A stretch of 63,981 bases of DNA, counting the filler, from Conidiobolus incongruus B7586 (lineage: Eukaryota): NCBI GenBank assembly GCA_000697335.1. It is 13 parts of 13 records of this genome, joined end to end, with 100 filler letters (N's around TTAATTAATTAA, not from the genome) between each part and the next. Parts side by side here need not be neighbours in the genome. Positions count along the whole stretch, not along the records: positions 27,093 to 41,425 come from JNEM01006258.1; positions 41,526 to 43,215 come from JNEM01006259.1; positions 43,316 to 49,206 come from JNEM01006260.1; 10 more parts are not named here. One strand, written 5' to 3'. The notes under the pieces were generated by a model. That model was not told the DNA's origin and ran no database searches. It saw nothing but the letters and a program-made list of their open reading frames with translations. Made by a program: the position numbers and the translations under genes. Below are positions 36,518 through 49,305 of the stretch, one piece after another. Positions within the stretch are counted from its first letter, which is position 1, and the number at the start of each line of letters is the position of its first letter.

Positions 36518-38586
36518 ATGTTATCTGCTCAAAGAACTGCTCGTGTTGTCCAACGTGCTCAAACTCTCAGCACCCGTCGTCAACTCTCTTCTTTAGTTGC
36601 CAAGCCTCTTTTTGCTGGTCTTCGTGCCTCTGTTTTACCTAAAAGGTATGATCTCTTTTTATGTTTTCTATAGGGGTTATTAGAGGGCTTAGAGCTGTTT
36701 ACCCCTTGATCAGATAGATATACGTCAATTCAAATCGGTTAAATTCTATCAACAATATCATAAGATATACTTTATAAAGGATATGGATTCGTTAAGCAAC
36801 GATCCAGCTCAAAAACAAATAATATTGACAAACCACATAGCTTGATTAATTCTCTTTTCAGTCAAATGATCACCTCAATTCGGGGGAAAAGGTTTTAGGC
36901 CCTTGATCAGCCATTAATTTGTTTACACTTTCAAACAATATATTATCAAGTATTTTTAGCTAATTAACATCTTCTATTTTAGTTCACAACTCAAGAGCTT
37001 CGAATACAAAGACTGGTTAGCCACTAGAACATATTCTGCTAAGTGTAATTACTAATATTGATAGTATTGAAATTGGGTCATTTATTTATCATTTTTTAGC
37101 CTATCCTGAACATAATGTTATCTACATGCCTGCCTTATCCCCTACCATGACTCAAGGTAACATTGGTCAATGGTCCAAGAAGGAAGGCGATGCTATCTCT
37201 CCAGGTGATGTTCTTGTTGAAATTGAAACTGATAAAGCTCAAATGGATTTTGAATTCCAAGAAGAAGGTTACATTGCTAAGATTTTAGTCCAACCCGGTA
37301 CTAAAGATCTACCTGTCAACACTGTATGTGAATAATTTTTCAATATTTCACTTTATGACCATATACTCATTTAAATAATTTTTAGCCTATCGCTATTTTG
37401 GTTGACAGTGAAGATCTCGTCCCTGCTTTCGCTGACTTCACTGCTGATTCTATTCAAGGTGGATCCTCTGCCCCCGCCTCTGAAACTAAGACTGAACCTG
37501 CCAAATCTGAACCTACTCCTGAACCCAAGACTGAAAGCAAGCCCGCTGCTGCTCCCGCCGCCGAGTCTAAGCCTCAAACTACCTCTACTCAAGCTTCTTC
37601 TGGTGGTAACTAATTCATACAAATATTTATTTCCATAAGTTTAACTAATTTTGAATAGATCGTATTAAGGCCAGTCCTTTAGCCAGAAAGTTAGCTGAAG
37701 AAAAGGGCATTGATATTGGTGATATTGTCGGTACTGGACCCAATGGAAGAATCGTCAAATTTGATGTTGAAAACTACAAGCCTTCTGGTAAAGAAAATAT
37801 TTATGATATAAACTTTTATGAACTAACCATTATTTAGCTCGTCCCGCTACTCAAGCTGCCACCTCTGCTCCTGCTTCCGCTCCCGCTGGTGCCAGTTATA
37901 CCGATATTCCTTTGTCCAACATGAGAAAGGTTATTGCCTCTCGTCTCTCTGAATCCAAACAAACTATCCCTCACTACTACTTAACCAGTGAAATCAATAT
38001 GGATAAGGTCTTGAAACTCCGTGCTGCTTTGAACGCCTCTGCTAAGGACCAATACAAGCTTTCCGTCAACGATTTCGTCGTCAAGGCTTCCAGCATTGCC
38101 TTAAAGGCTGTTCCTGAAGTCAACTCCTCATGGCAAGGTGATTTCATCCGTCAATATCACAACACTGATATTTCCATTGCTACTGCCACTCCCTCTGGTT
38201 TGATCACCCCTATTGTTCGCAACGTTGAATCTAAGGGTCTTGCTGGTATCTCTGCTGAAGTTAAGGAACTCGCTACCAAAGCCAGAAACAACGAACTCAA
38301 GCCTCACGAATACCAAGGTGGTTCCTTCACCATCTCCAACTTGGGTATGTATGGTGTCAACTCCTTCACTGCCATCATCAACCCACCTCAATCCTGTATC
38401 TTAGCTGTCGGCGGTACTGAAAAGAAACTCGTCTTGAACCCCAACAGTGAAAAGGGCTTCTCCGAATCCAATGTCATGAAGGTCACCCTCTCCTGCGACC
38501 ACCGTGTCGTTGATGGTGCCGTCGGTGCCCAATGGCTCAAGAAGTTCAAGGATCTTTTGGAAAATCCCCTCAACATGCTCTTATAA
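36518..38586 (+). CDS. LAT1: Pyruvate dehydrogenase E2, dihydrolipoamide acetyltransferase
   Basis: Presequence [10 protein letters not shown], lipoyl domain MPALSPTM...EIETDKA, E3-binding ASPLARKLA...GTGPNGRI, catalytic DHRVVDG. First intron 36646-36982. Confidence 0.97.
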
Positions 38587-39389
38587 GTCCAAAGAAATTT
38601 TAAAATCAATTAATTGAGTAAAATAACAATAAAAATTACACCATTTTAAATTTTACTATTGATATTTTTATTTGACTATAATTTTTTGTATAACTATTCT
38701 TAATTGGAGTCAAAATTAGTTTAAAGTAAATACCATATATTAATATATGTAGTGTATGGTTATATCTCTAATTGAATTTTTATTTTAAATTATAAAATTG
38801 AAGATTTGAAAGTTAGGTGTAAATATAAAATAAAAATATATAATAAAATCCAATAATCTTAACAGTAATTTACACATTACTTTTTAACTGAACCAATAAA
38901 AGATAATGATATTTGATCCATCTCATCAACTTTACATTCTCTTACCTAAATTTGATTTCTAAGTTCAACATAACAAATTCAAATTTATAGGAATTCAAAA
39001 TTTAAATATTAGATAGCAAATTAACCAATTAAAATCCTAAAGATACAAATTTCAAATCCTCAATGACGAATTTTCAAAAAGTTTTCAATTTTTTAAAAAT
39101 TAAATCAAAAGTATAAAATTATGTTATTTACAATTGATAAGATTCAATGTTTAAAATTTAATTTTTGAAATTCAAAATATGTTTATTTGGTCATATTATT
39201 TTAAGTATTATTAGTATATCAATAAACCTGTATGGATTTTAGTTTAATAAGCATGATATAATATATATATATTAGTCATTTATTCATTCTCTGAAAAAAG
39301 ATTTAAGGAGAAAATGAATATAGGTTTTCGAGACTTCATAAACTATTTAATAAAATCCATTAATTAATTAATAATAAATAGTTAAATAT

Positions 39390-40092
39390 AACTCTGGAGA
39401 GCTTGGGAAATTATACTACAATTTAGGTTCAAGAGTTTAAAATGTGAATTAGTTGAAGATTTATTATCTAGTACACTGGAAACCATTTTATTTGTTATGA
39501 AATTCGCATATTATATCGCTCAAAATTACACCTATTCAGAAACCTACTCTCAAGCTTATGCGTTTTATTTAGCCAAGTCTCCAACCAAAGCACTCATTTG
39601 CAAGAATTACACTTTCCTTAAGGGTGTTTTTGAGGAAATGGAGCTAAATGTGGGATTAGCAAGTAAGCGGAATCGCGACACCCTATCTGTTGTTCACACC
39701 TTATTACCAGCAATAATAGTATACGTCAACTTTTACTCGAATGCGGTGACGCCTAGCTCTTAGCATGCTTAGTTGATACCATTTTAGCCTGTACCAAACT
39801 CTATATCATCATTGGTAAAGGGTTGAATTAGGATTTAGAAATCGAAAAATTAAACCCACCTGAAGTATTCAGAGGTTGGATCAACAAGTATGGAGGTGAC
39901 AAATTTTTACAAGTTACAAAAGAAATTGAAAGTATTTACCACGAAATCATCATTATATCAGTATACCGAACCGAAGAAATTGCAAACTTGTGCAAATTAA
40001 ACTATTTAAAAGCTATTAAGTTAGCATTTGATTTTTTATATTTTAATCCATTCGAAATTTATTTACCAATAATCAATCATATTACAAATTAA
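39390..40092 (+). pseudogene. tenA: TenA/THI-4 (thiaminase II) pseudogene, apparently intronless
   Basis: Fragments ELVEDLLSSTLE, KFAYYIAQNY...AYAFYLAKSP, KGVFEEMEL, YVNF/LLEC, ILACTKLY (catalytic-Cys motif), GWINKYGGDKF, YLKAIKLAFDF. Stops and frameshifts throughout. Confidence 0.75.
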
Positions 40093-41525
40093 ATTACAAA
40101 ATTGATGAATTCTAAGAGATTTTAAAATTGTATGGAATAATTAACAAAGCTTGATTAATATTAAAACAATTTATTTCTAATGAGATGCAATATAATTAAT
40201 ATTTAAACAATTGCTATTATAGTAACTACTTGATTTTACCCTCTATTCAATCTTTAAATTTTATTAAAGCCATTTATCAATATTAATATAAAATTATAAT
40301 TGATCAAGTTCAATAAATGATTTCAGATATAAACAATAAACTGAGATTGGGTAATAAATCAATATATATTAAACAAGCCGAAAATTTAGTATGCTTACAA
40401 TTATCTCATTGGTTTAAAAGCATTTGAAATTTGGTATTTATAATAAATTTGTTGTTTAAAGTTATCAAATTTAATAAATTCCAATATGACTTAAATGCTA
40501 TCTATTTTGTGGTGAATTCTTAACTCTATGATAATATATCTTATAACCAGATTAATTATAAAATATATCATGAATATTTATTATTGATTATCTAGGTTTA
40601 TCGTCTAATAATTCATAGCATATTTCAATTCGAATACTTGCCCTTTTTTAAAATATTTATTGCTTTTAACAGAATATAATTATTCAACTTTACTTCATTC
40701 TATAATTACGTCAGAAATAATTTGTATATTTTTAATAAAAACTTGATTTATTAATTTATATATTAGTTTTTACGAGAATAGATTATTATTTAAATTCACT
40801 CTTTGCCATCATTTGAATACCATATCAATATCAAGAACAAATAACTTTGATTGATCATAAAATCTTGAACCTTGAAAATGTAATTATATTATATTTAATT
40901 TAATAAATATATTAAGCTTCAAATACAGATCCTGATCACCATTAAATTCAACCAATTATTATTAAGATGATATAATAATTTTCTTTGACCTAACAAAGTC
41001 AATCTTATTTTATTTTATATTAAAGTTATTCTTAATCATTCTATATTTTATATTCTAACAAAATTTACTTAAAATATAAATTTCAAATTTTTAATTCTAT
41101 ATAATATTAAAATATTCATATATTAAATATTATTATCAGATATTATTTAAAATTAACAAAATAAATGATATCAAATTTAAAATTTAAATATTATTGATAA
41201 ATAGCTTTGAATTCACTATTTTATATTATTTTTTAATAAATGCAATCTTTATTATATAATATCATGTTCCTATTAACTTATTAATAAAATATATAAATAA
41301 AATTTGAAAATCTTAATTAATATTATTAAGGACTTTATTTTAATAAATATAATATAACTATTAAAGTATTTAACTTTATATTTTTTTATTAAGACTAAAT
41401 ATAGAATAAATTATAAAAATAAATTNNNNNNNNNNNNNNNNNNNNNNNNNNNNNNNNNNNNNNNNNNNNTTAATTAATTAANNNNNNNNNNNNNNNNNNN
41501 NNNNNNNNNNNNNNNNNNNNNNNNN

Positions 41526-42810
41526 TGGTGATAAAAAAAAATTAAAACCTAGTGTATCCACCTTTAACTTTTCTAACTTCTTTAAGTTTGTGGGGTATAG
41601 AATCAACTAACTTCTTACACTAAAAAGGGTTAATCTTGTTCTATACTTCTTGAACATATTCCTAAAGTTGATTTAAATTTTTTACTGGGGGGAAAGCTTT
41701 AATAGCTTTTTTTAACTAATTTTAAAAGTGTTCAATTAGATTAAAGTTAGGAGATTAAAGAAACCACTTCATAACTATTATCTTGTTATTTTTAAGCTAT
41801 TTGGTAGTAGAAGCTGTAGTATAACAAGAGGCATTATCTTGCTGGAAAATAACATTAGATTTATTTAACCTATATTATTCAATGGTTTTTTTCAATTCAT
41901 TGTTTAGAATACTTTAGTACATCTCAGCATTAATTCCCCTATTAACTTTATAAAGATACCCTACACCTAAAAACAACATATATCCCAAAATAATAATTAA
42001 CCCACTATTATACTTTTGGGTAAAATTAACATAATAGTCACAAAGTAGTTCTGTATCTTTTTTGAAGCATCTAGCTTTTTTATCAAATCTACTAAAGTAT
42101 ATTTCTGTTTCATCAGACTAAATAACCTTACTTTAATTAGTTTTGGTTTAATATTAGTGGTGACATTTAAACTCCCACCTAGTTTTACAGTGGGATTTCT
42201 TTAGTTAGGGGTGTTTTTTCTTAAAGTGTAAGTGGTATCTATGCTAATATAAAGTATGTATAATAGTATCAATGCTAACCAATATTCTTATATAGTTTTA
42301 TAGTTCTTGTTGTATTTCTACAGCAGTACTACACTTGCTTGTACTAACTAACCTATAGATATACTTCTTATTATATTCATCTATGATCCTAACACACTTA
42401 AGTTTAAGTTTAAATGTTTCTTTATTGCTATTCTTAACAACTTTAGCTATAATAAACTAGCTAACACTAGTAATTCTAACAATATCACAAGTTGATTTAC
42501 CTTTTTTATAAAGTTGATTAATGTGCAAGTGGATTTTTTTAGAGAGGGATTTAGGTATAATGATACTAATAAAAAGAATTTAGTATATCTGTAAAATATT
42601 ATATAAAATAATAACAAAGAGAGAAAAAAGATATGGTTATATATTGTTAAATATATCCCCTTATCTTAAAAACCCACAAATTTATAACTTACCTTGGTTA
42701 AATATTAAAGGTTAATATTTTTGCTAATAGTTTACTAAATATATCTAAATATATTTATCTATTATTAAATAATATACCTTAATTATATATTATATTTTAT
42801 ATTTAATTAC
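41526..42810 (-). mobile_element. Tc1 DD34E transposon, best-preserved coding remnant
   Basis: Reverse translation gives an HTH region (GKSTCDIVRIT), KVI*SDET, VIFQQDNASC and MKWFL*SPNFNLIEH, with 34 residues between D2 and E; ends KGGYTR. Confidence 0.9.
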
Positions 42811-43083
42811 TTTTATATTAAGTTTTGTTTATATTATATTAGAAAAATACCATTATACTTAAATAATAAAAATCTTATAAGAAAATTAATAATTATTTAT
42901 TTTAAATTTATTGATTATTATTTTAAATTTTATTTATATCTTAATTACTTAAATTTAATATTATTTATTATAATATTATTTAAAAAGTACCATTATATTA
43001 TTTTAATGAAGATAATAGCTTGAATATTAAATAAATCTAAAATTTTAACTTTTAAAAGCTTATTGCTTATTAAGGAACTTATA

Positions 43084-43215
43084 CACTAACCTGCAAAAGT
43101 GAGTCATAAAATCAAAAACACCTATATTTTTACTAATAACTTGATTAATATTTAATGAAATAAACCTAAATTAAATAATTAAAATCTATTATATTTATTA
43201 GTTATATATATCATT
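43084..43215. mobile_element. Tc1 TIR fragment
   Basis: TA-CACTAACCTGCAAAAGTGAGTCATAAAATC. Confidence 0.85.
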
Positions 43216-43370
43216 NNNNNNNNNNNNNNNNNNNNNNNNNNNNNNNNNNNNNNNNNNNNTTAATTAATTAANNNNNNNNNNNNNNNNNNNNNNNNNNNNN
43301 NNNNNNNNNNNNNNNTATTTAAAAAATTAGAAATTAAAAAATTTCCTATTATTTTAAATTTAAAATAATA

Positions 43371-46300
43371 AATTAATTGTATAAATAGTATTAAATTATC
43401 TAAAAAATTAGGTTTTTCTATTTCTTCTCAATTTTTACTATTTTTTACTTTTACACTATTTCTAAAATTAAAACTATATTCTATTAATATTATAGGATAT
43501 TAACACTACCTAATATAAATCTTAATATATTAATGACTCATCTTAATTTGAAGCTTAATTAAACTTTATTTATATTTATACATTACAGCTACATTATATT
43601 ATTATATTCTACATATACTACTTTTATATTAAGTTTTCCTCTATATTATATTAGTTTAACTACCACTACACTTATATAGTAGCAGTAATAAAACTATTAA
43701 AAACCTACTAGAAATTAATAACTATCTGTATTAAACTTAATTATTACTATTTTAAATTTTATCTATAATTTATTTTATTTAAATTTAACATTATATATTA
43801 TAATATTACTAAAATAAATGATACCCTTATATTATTTTAATAATGATAGTAACTTAATTACTAAGTGAATTTAAGATTTTAGTTTTTAAAAGCTTATTAC
43901 CCTCTAAAAAACTTATATTAGATAACTTTTAATTAAAAAAAACATGTTTTAAAGAGTTTAAATTTAATAAACTAGCTACTTTACTATAGTTAATGTATTA
44001 AATTACCTCTTTAGTATCTTTAAAGATAAATTAACTACTTATGATAGTTTTAAAAACCTTTATAAGCTTGAAAAATACTTTAAAAATATAAAGAATTACC
44101 TTGATTTAATTTTAAATAAAGATTTAAAGAATATCTTTAAATTAGTTATTTTTTTTAGAAAAATTAATTTATACTTGGTAGTTAACTTATTACAAGTTTA
44201 ATCTTAAAGAATCTTCAGGAGGATAATCTACTATAAAAATAAAAACTTTTAAATAATTAGAAAAAGTTTGTAAAGAAAGGTATTATTTATAAAATTAAAT
44301 TTGATTAACAAGAGAAAAACTTTCTTAGCTTAAAAAAAAAACTTCTACAAAATAACTAATTGAGAAATTTAATGAGATATACTTAAATATATTAAATATC
44401 ACTAAAGAAGGATAAATCCACAAATTATTATAATACTTTAATCCTCAAATAAAACTCTAATTAGTTAATAAAAAACATTTTGATAATATGTTTTTTTCTA
44501 ATATTTATAATATAGCAATTATAATTAATGATATTCTTTACTCTATAATTAAATTTTCTTACCTTAAAAATTAATCTTTTAAATTTTACTCTAACCCACT
44601 TAAGTTTTAAATAATAAATGTTTTTATTTTAAAGTTTTATAAGAAAATCTTTAGTAAAGAAGCTAAAGTTTATTTGAGAATAAACAAAGATTATTATTAT
44701 TGTTGAAACACTTAAGTTAACTATAAAGCTAATAAATACCTTTTTAAGAAATAACATTTGTTTAATTTTCAATAATCTTAACTTATTAACTATAAATCAA
44801 ACTTGAATAATATTAATATAACTTTAAAATCATCTTTTTTACAATTAATTAGTAAATTCTAATCTAATCTACAAAAGTTCTAATAAACTATTGATTCCAC
44901 AAATTAAACTATATATATTAGAAAAATCCAACTAATTAAACTATTAGAAACTAAAAATATTTGAGTAACTAATTTACCTTGTGATTTTTTACCTTTAACT
45001 ATTACCCTATTGTTTATGTTAAATAATTTTTTTATAAACACACCTATTAGTGTTTTAATTGATTTTAGTTATTCTAGTTATATTATCTTTTCTTTTATTA
45101 TTATAAAGCTATCTTTACCTACTTAAAAAAATAACTTAATGATTAAATATGTTAATAACTTAATAAAATAAACATCTAGTACTATATTTAAATATTTATC
45201 ATTACCCCTTAACTACTCTTAATATATTAAATTCTTAGTTAACAACATTAGTTATAATTTTATACTAGGTTAAAATTGGTTTAAATATCATAATTTTATA
45301 TCTATGAATATTACCCTAGAAAGTTACAAATTTATTTTTTTCACATTCTAAAAAAAATTAATAGAATTAATCTTAAAAAACCTATATTACTCTATTATAA
45401 AGCTATTAAATATTATACCTAACACTAACTCTACAATGGTAACAAATAATTCTATTATTATAAGCAAAAACCAATGAAAAAAACTAATTAAAAACTTTAA
45501 TAATTTATAAAGATATATATCTGTTTATTATTTATCTATTAGTATTTCATTTATTAATTTTAATAAAGTTATATCTAATAACTACTTCTTATATAATATA
45601 ATAAGTTAATTTGCTAATGTTTTTGAATTTATAGATAAATTACCTTTTAAATATAATATTAAACATAAAATTAAACTACTCTCTAGTATACAACTATATT
45701 TAAAATTTATTTACCATTTATTTCTTGAACAATATTAAACTTTAAAAGAAGAAATCTAAAAACTATTTAAAAATAGGTATATTAAACCTTTTTCCTTACT
45801 ATAAAAATCTCTAATTTTTTTTGTACAAAAAACTAATAGTGGTTAAAGATTATATATTAATAACTATGTTTTAAACTTTGAAACTATTAAAGATAAAACT
45901 TTATTACTAAACTTATATAATATTAAAGATAAACTACTTAAATCAATTATATTTACTAAATTAAATGTTAAAAATAGATATTATAATATTAAAGTTAAAG
46001 AAAATTCTATCCCTTTAACTATTTTCAATACTTTTTTAAGTTACTATAAATTTACTATTATAAACTTTAGATTGTGTAATGCCTTTGTAATTTTAACTTA
46101 ATTTATCAATTCCTTTTTTAATCTTGTTTTTAATAACTTTATTATCATATACTTTAATAATATTCTAATCTATTTAAAAACTAAAGAAGAATATATTTAA
46201 CATGTTAATTAGGTTTTACAAATTATTCAAGAATATAAATTACCTTTAAAATTATCAAAATACATTTTTAATGCTTTTTCTATCTTATTTTATAGTTATA

Positions 46301-48988
46301 TTGTTTCCTTTTAAAAAATTAATATTGATTTAATTAAACTCAATGGTGTTAAAGTTTTTATTATATTTATAAACAAAGATTAATTTATGTTTATACTTAG
46401 ATTATTAAATTACTTTAAAGATTTCATTGATTTTTTTATTAAACTTACTATTTTTCTTACTAATCTCTTGAAGAAAAACTTTTTTTTTGAATAAACCCTA
46501 CTATATACTTTTTGTATAAATATTTTAATTTTCTATATTACTAATGTTTTTACTTTATTTATCTTTAATCTAAAACTACTTACTATTATTTTTACTAATT
46601 TTAATTTTTTTATAATTAGTAGATAATTAACCTAGTTTGAATTTAATTTATATTTTACTTTATAACTATAAAATAAAATAATAAATAAAAGAGAATATGT
46701 TAAATTTAATTTTATAAATGTTAACTTAAAACTAATAATATTCTAGTTAAGAAAAATAAAACCAGCTAAATTAAAATACCTAGTTTATAAATAAAAACTC
46801 TTTACTTTAGTAGAAATAATTAAAAATCACTTATATTTCTTATCCTACAATTTTTTTCTAGTATTTACAAATTATAAATTACTTATCTACTTAAATACTT
46901 GAAAATATTTATTAAGAAAATAATTTAAATAGATTAAAATTATCTAAACTTACCCTTTTTTTATTTAATATCTCTTAGGTTAATAAAACTATATTGTAGA
47001 TACTTTGTTAAAAAATCTTATATACCTACCTTTTTGTTCTAATTATAAAAATCTAGCAAATATTAACTTAATGATTATTAATGAAAGAAATAAAAAATTT
47101 ATTAAACTACTTAAAAAAACACTATTAAATAATAATTTATTTATTTTAATTAAAGAAAAACTCTTTAAACTATTAAAAAACCAATTAAAATATGTTAAAA
47201 GATTTAAAATTATTAATAACTTACTATATTATAATAATTGTCTATATATTCCTAACATTCCTAAGATTTAACAAATAATATTTAATGAATTTTATAATTT
47301 ATTTATTAGAGGATATTAAAACTAGTTAAAAACTGCTAAAAGAATTAAAATAAAATATTACTAACTTTCCCTAGTTAAATTAGTTTAGAAATACACTAAT
47401 ACTTATAATATATGTTAAAGAATTAAATATAATACTCAACTAAAATATAATAAACTTATTCCTTTATAAGTCCCTAATAAAACTTAATAACAAATCTAAC
47501 TTGATTTTATAGAAATTCTTAAATCAACAAATAGTTATAATAACTTATTAATTATAATTAATTTATTTTCCAAATATGTTTATTTTATTCTTTATTTCAA
47601 AACTTCTACAGCTAAAAATATTACACAATTGTTATTCTTTAATATCTTTACCTATTATAGAATTCTACAAACTATTATATCTGATAAAAATATACAATTC
47701 AACTCTTGATTCTAGAAGTTATTATCTTTTTCCTTTAAGATTAACCTAGCTATAACTATTACTAATCATCACCAAATTAATAAACTTATTGAAAAAATTA
47801 TTAAAACCTTAAAGCTAATGATTAAAGCTTATATTAACACTAATCAATTAAATTAGGATACTTATATCTACTAACTCTAATATTTATTCAACACTTTTAT
47901 TAATAGATTAATAAGTTTTAACCTTTATTTCATTAATTATAATAAATATCCTAACTTAATAATTATTCTAAAACTTTAAATCAACTTACTTTTAGATATT
48001 GTTGAATTTTAATCTAATATCAAATATATTAATTCCCTTATTAAATTTAACTTCAAAGAAAATTAAAAGATTATAGAATAACAATATTTAAAGTTATTTA
48101 GAAATTCTCTTAAATATAAAATTAGCATGTTTGTATACTTAGAATAATTTACCCTTAAACCTACTTTATTTAAATCTGGCTTAAATCCCAAATACTTACT
48201 ATTATATTATAATCCCTATAAAATTTAATCTATTGATTCAAATTTTGAAAATATTACCTTAGAATTATTTTTAACTTTGAGGATCAACTTTACATTTTAC
48301 ATATTTAAAACTAAACTATACTTTAAAAGTTTTTAATACTTTTTCTAATCAATTAAAAACCCTAAAACTAGATCTAATTATTAATTAAAATAAAGAAGAA
48401 TACTATATTGATTATATAATTAAGTTTAAATTTATTAGGAATAAGCTTTATTTTTATATAAAATAGATAGGTTAATTTATTAAAGAAGTTATATAAGAAC
48501 CCCTAAAAAATATTAAGAATACTTTAGCTTATTATACCTATTTGTAAAAATTTAAAGAGTGTGTCTCTTCTAAAAAACTTACTAGGGGAGTATTAAAAAA
48601 TTAGTTCTTTAAATTCTTATATATACTTTCATATAATCTAATTAATTATAAATTATATAATTAATCTATACTTATATAACTAAATTAATAGTATAAATAG
48701 TATTGAATTATCTAATAAACTAGGTTTTTCTTTTTCTTCTCAATTCTTACTATTTTTTATTTTTACACTATTTCTAAGATTAAAACTATATTCTATCAAT
48801 ATTATAGGATATTAACACTACCTAATATAAATCTTAATATATTAGTGACTCATCCTAGTTTGAAACTTAATTAAACTTTGTTTACACTTGCACATTACAG
48901 CTATATTATATTACCATATTCTACACATATTACTTTTATATTAAGTTTTCCTCTACACTATATTAGTTTAACTACCACTATATTTACA
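43371..48988 (+). mobile_element. Near full-length chromodomain-bearing Ty3/Gypsy LTR retrotransposon, hypermutated
   Basis: 5' LTR remnant 43371-43676 (truncated by a mariner end at 43316-43370) and PBS-like TAGTAGCAG. Protease relic LIDFSYS (~45060), RT relic YFNNILIY (46150, from YxDD), integrase zinc-finger relic (~47310-47425), chromodomain relic EEYYID...FYIK*IG*...EPLKNI (48395-48520). PPT AGGGGAG, then 3' LTR 48591-48988. Confidence 0.92.
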
Positions 48989-49305
48989 CTATTAAAGAAA
49001 ATTAATTAAATAGTTTAATCAAATTAATTATAATTTAATAAAGCTAGAATCAAATATTATATTGAAATAATTTCTATTATTTAATTATTTTTATAATATT
49101 AAGTTTTTGATTAGTAATATTAGTTAAAGTTTAATATTAGGTTTAAATTAATTTAAATTTTATAATTTTATATTTATAAATATAACTCTAAAAGGATATA
49201 AATTTANNNNNNNNNNNNNNNNNNNNNNNNNNNNNNNNNNNNNNNNNNNNTTAATTAATTAANNNNNNNNNNNNNNNNNNNNNNNNNNNNNNNNNNNNNN
49301 NNNNN

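Noticed and set aside
36646..36982. Canonical TPP riboswitch or intronic snoRNA call
   Set aside because: UGAGA and the P4/P5 arm are not intact, and no clean C/D (RTGATGA/CTGA) or correctly placed H/ACA boxes were found. Kept only as an unclassified structured candidate.
47005..47271. 88-aa ORF as an independent gene
   Set aside because: A stop-free stretch of the decayed Gypsy pol, between RNase H and integrase.
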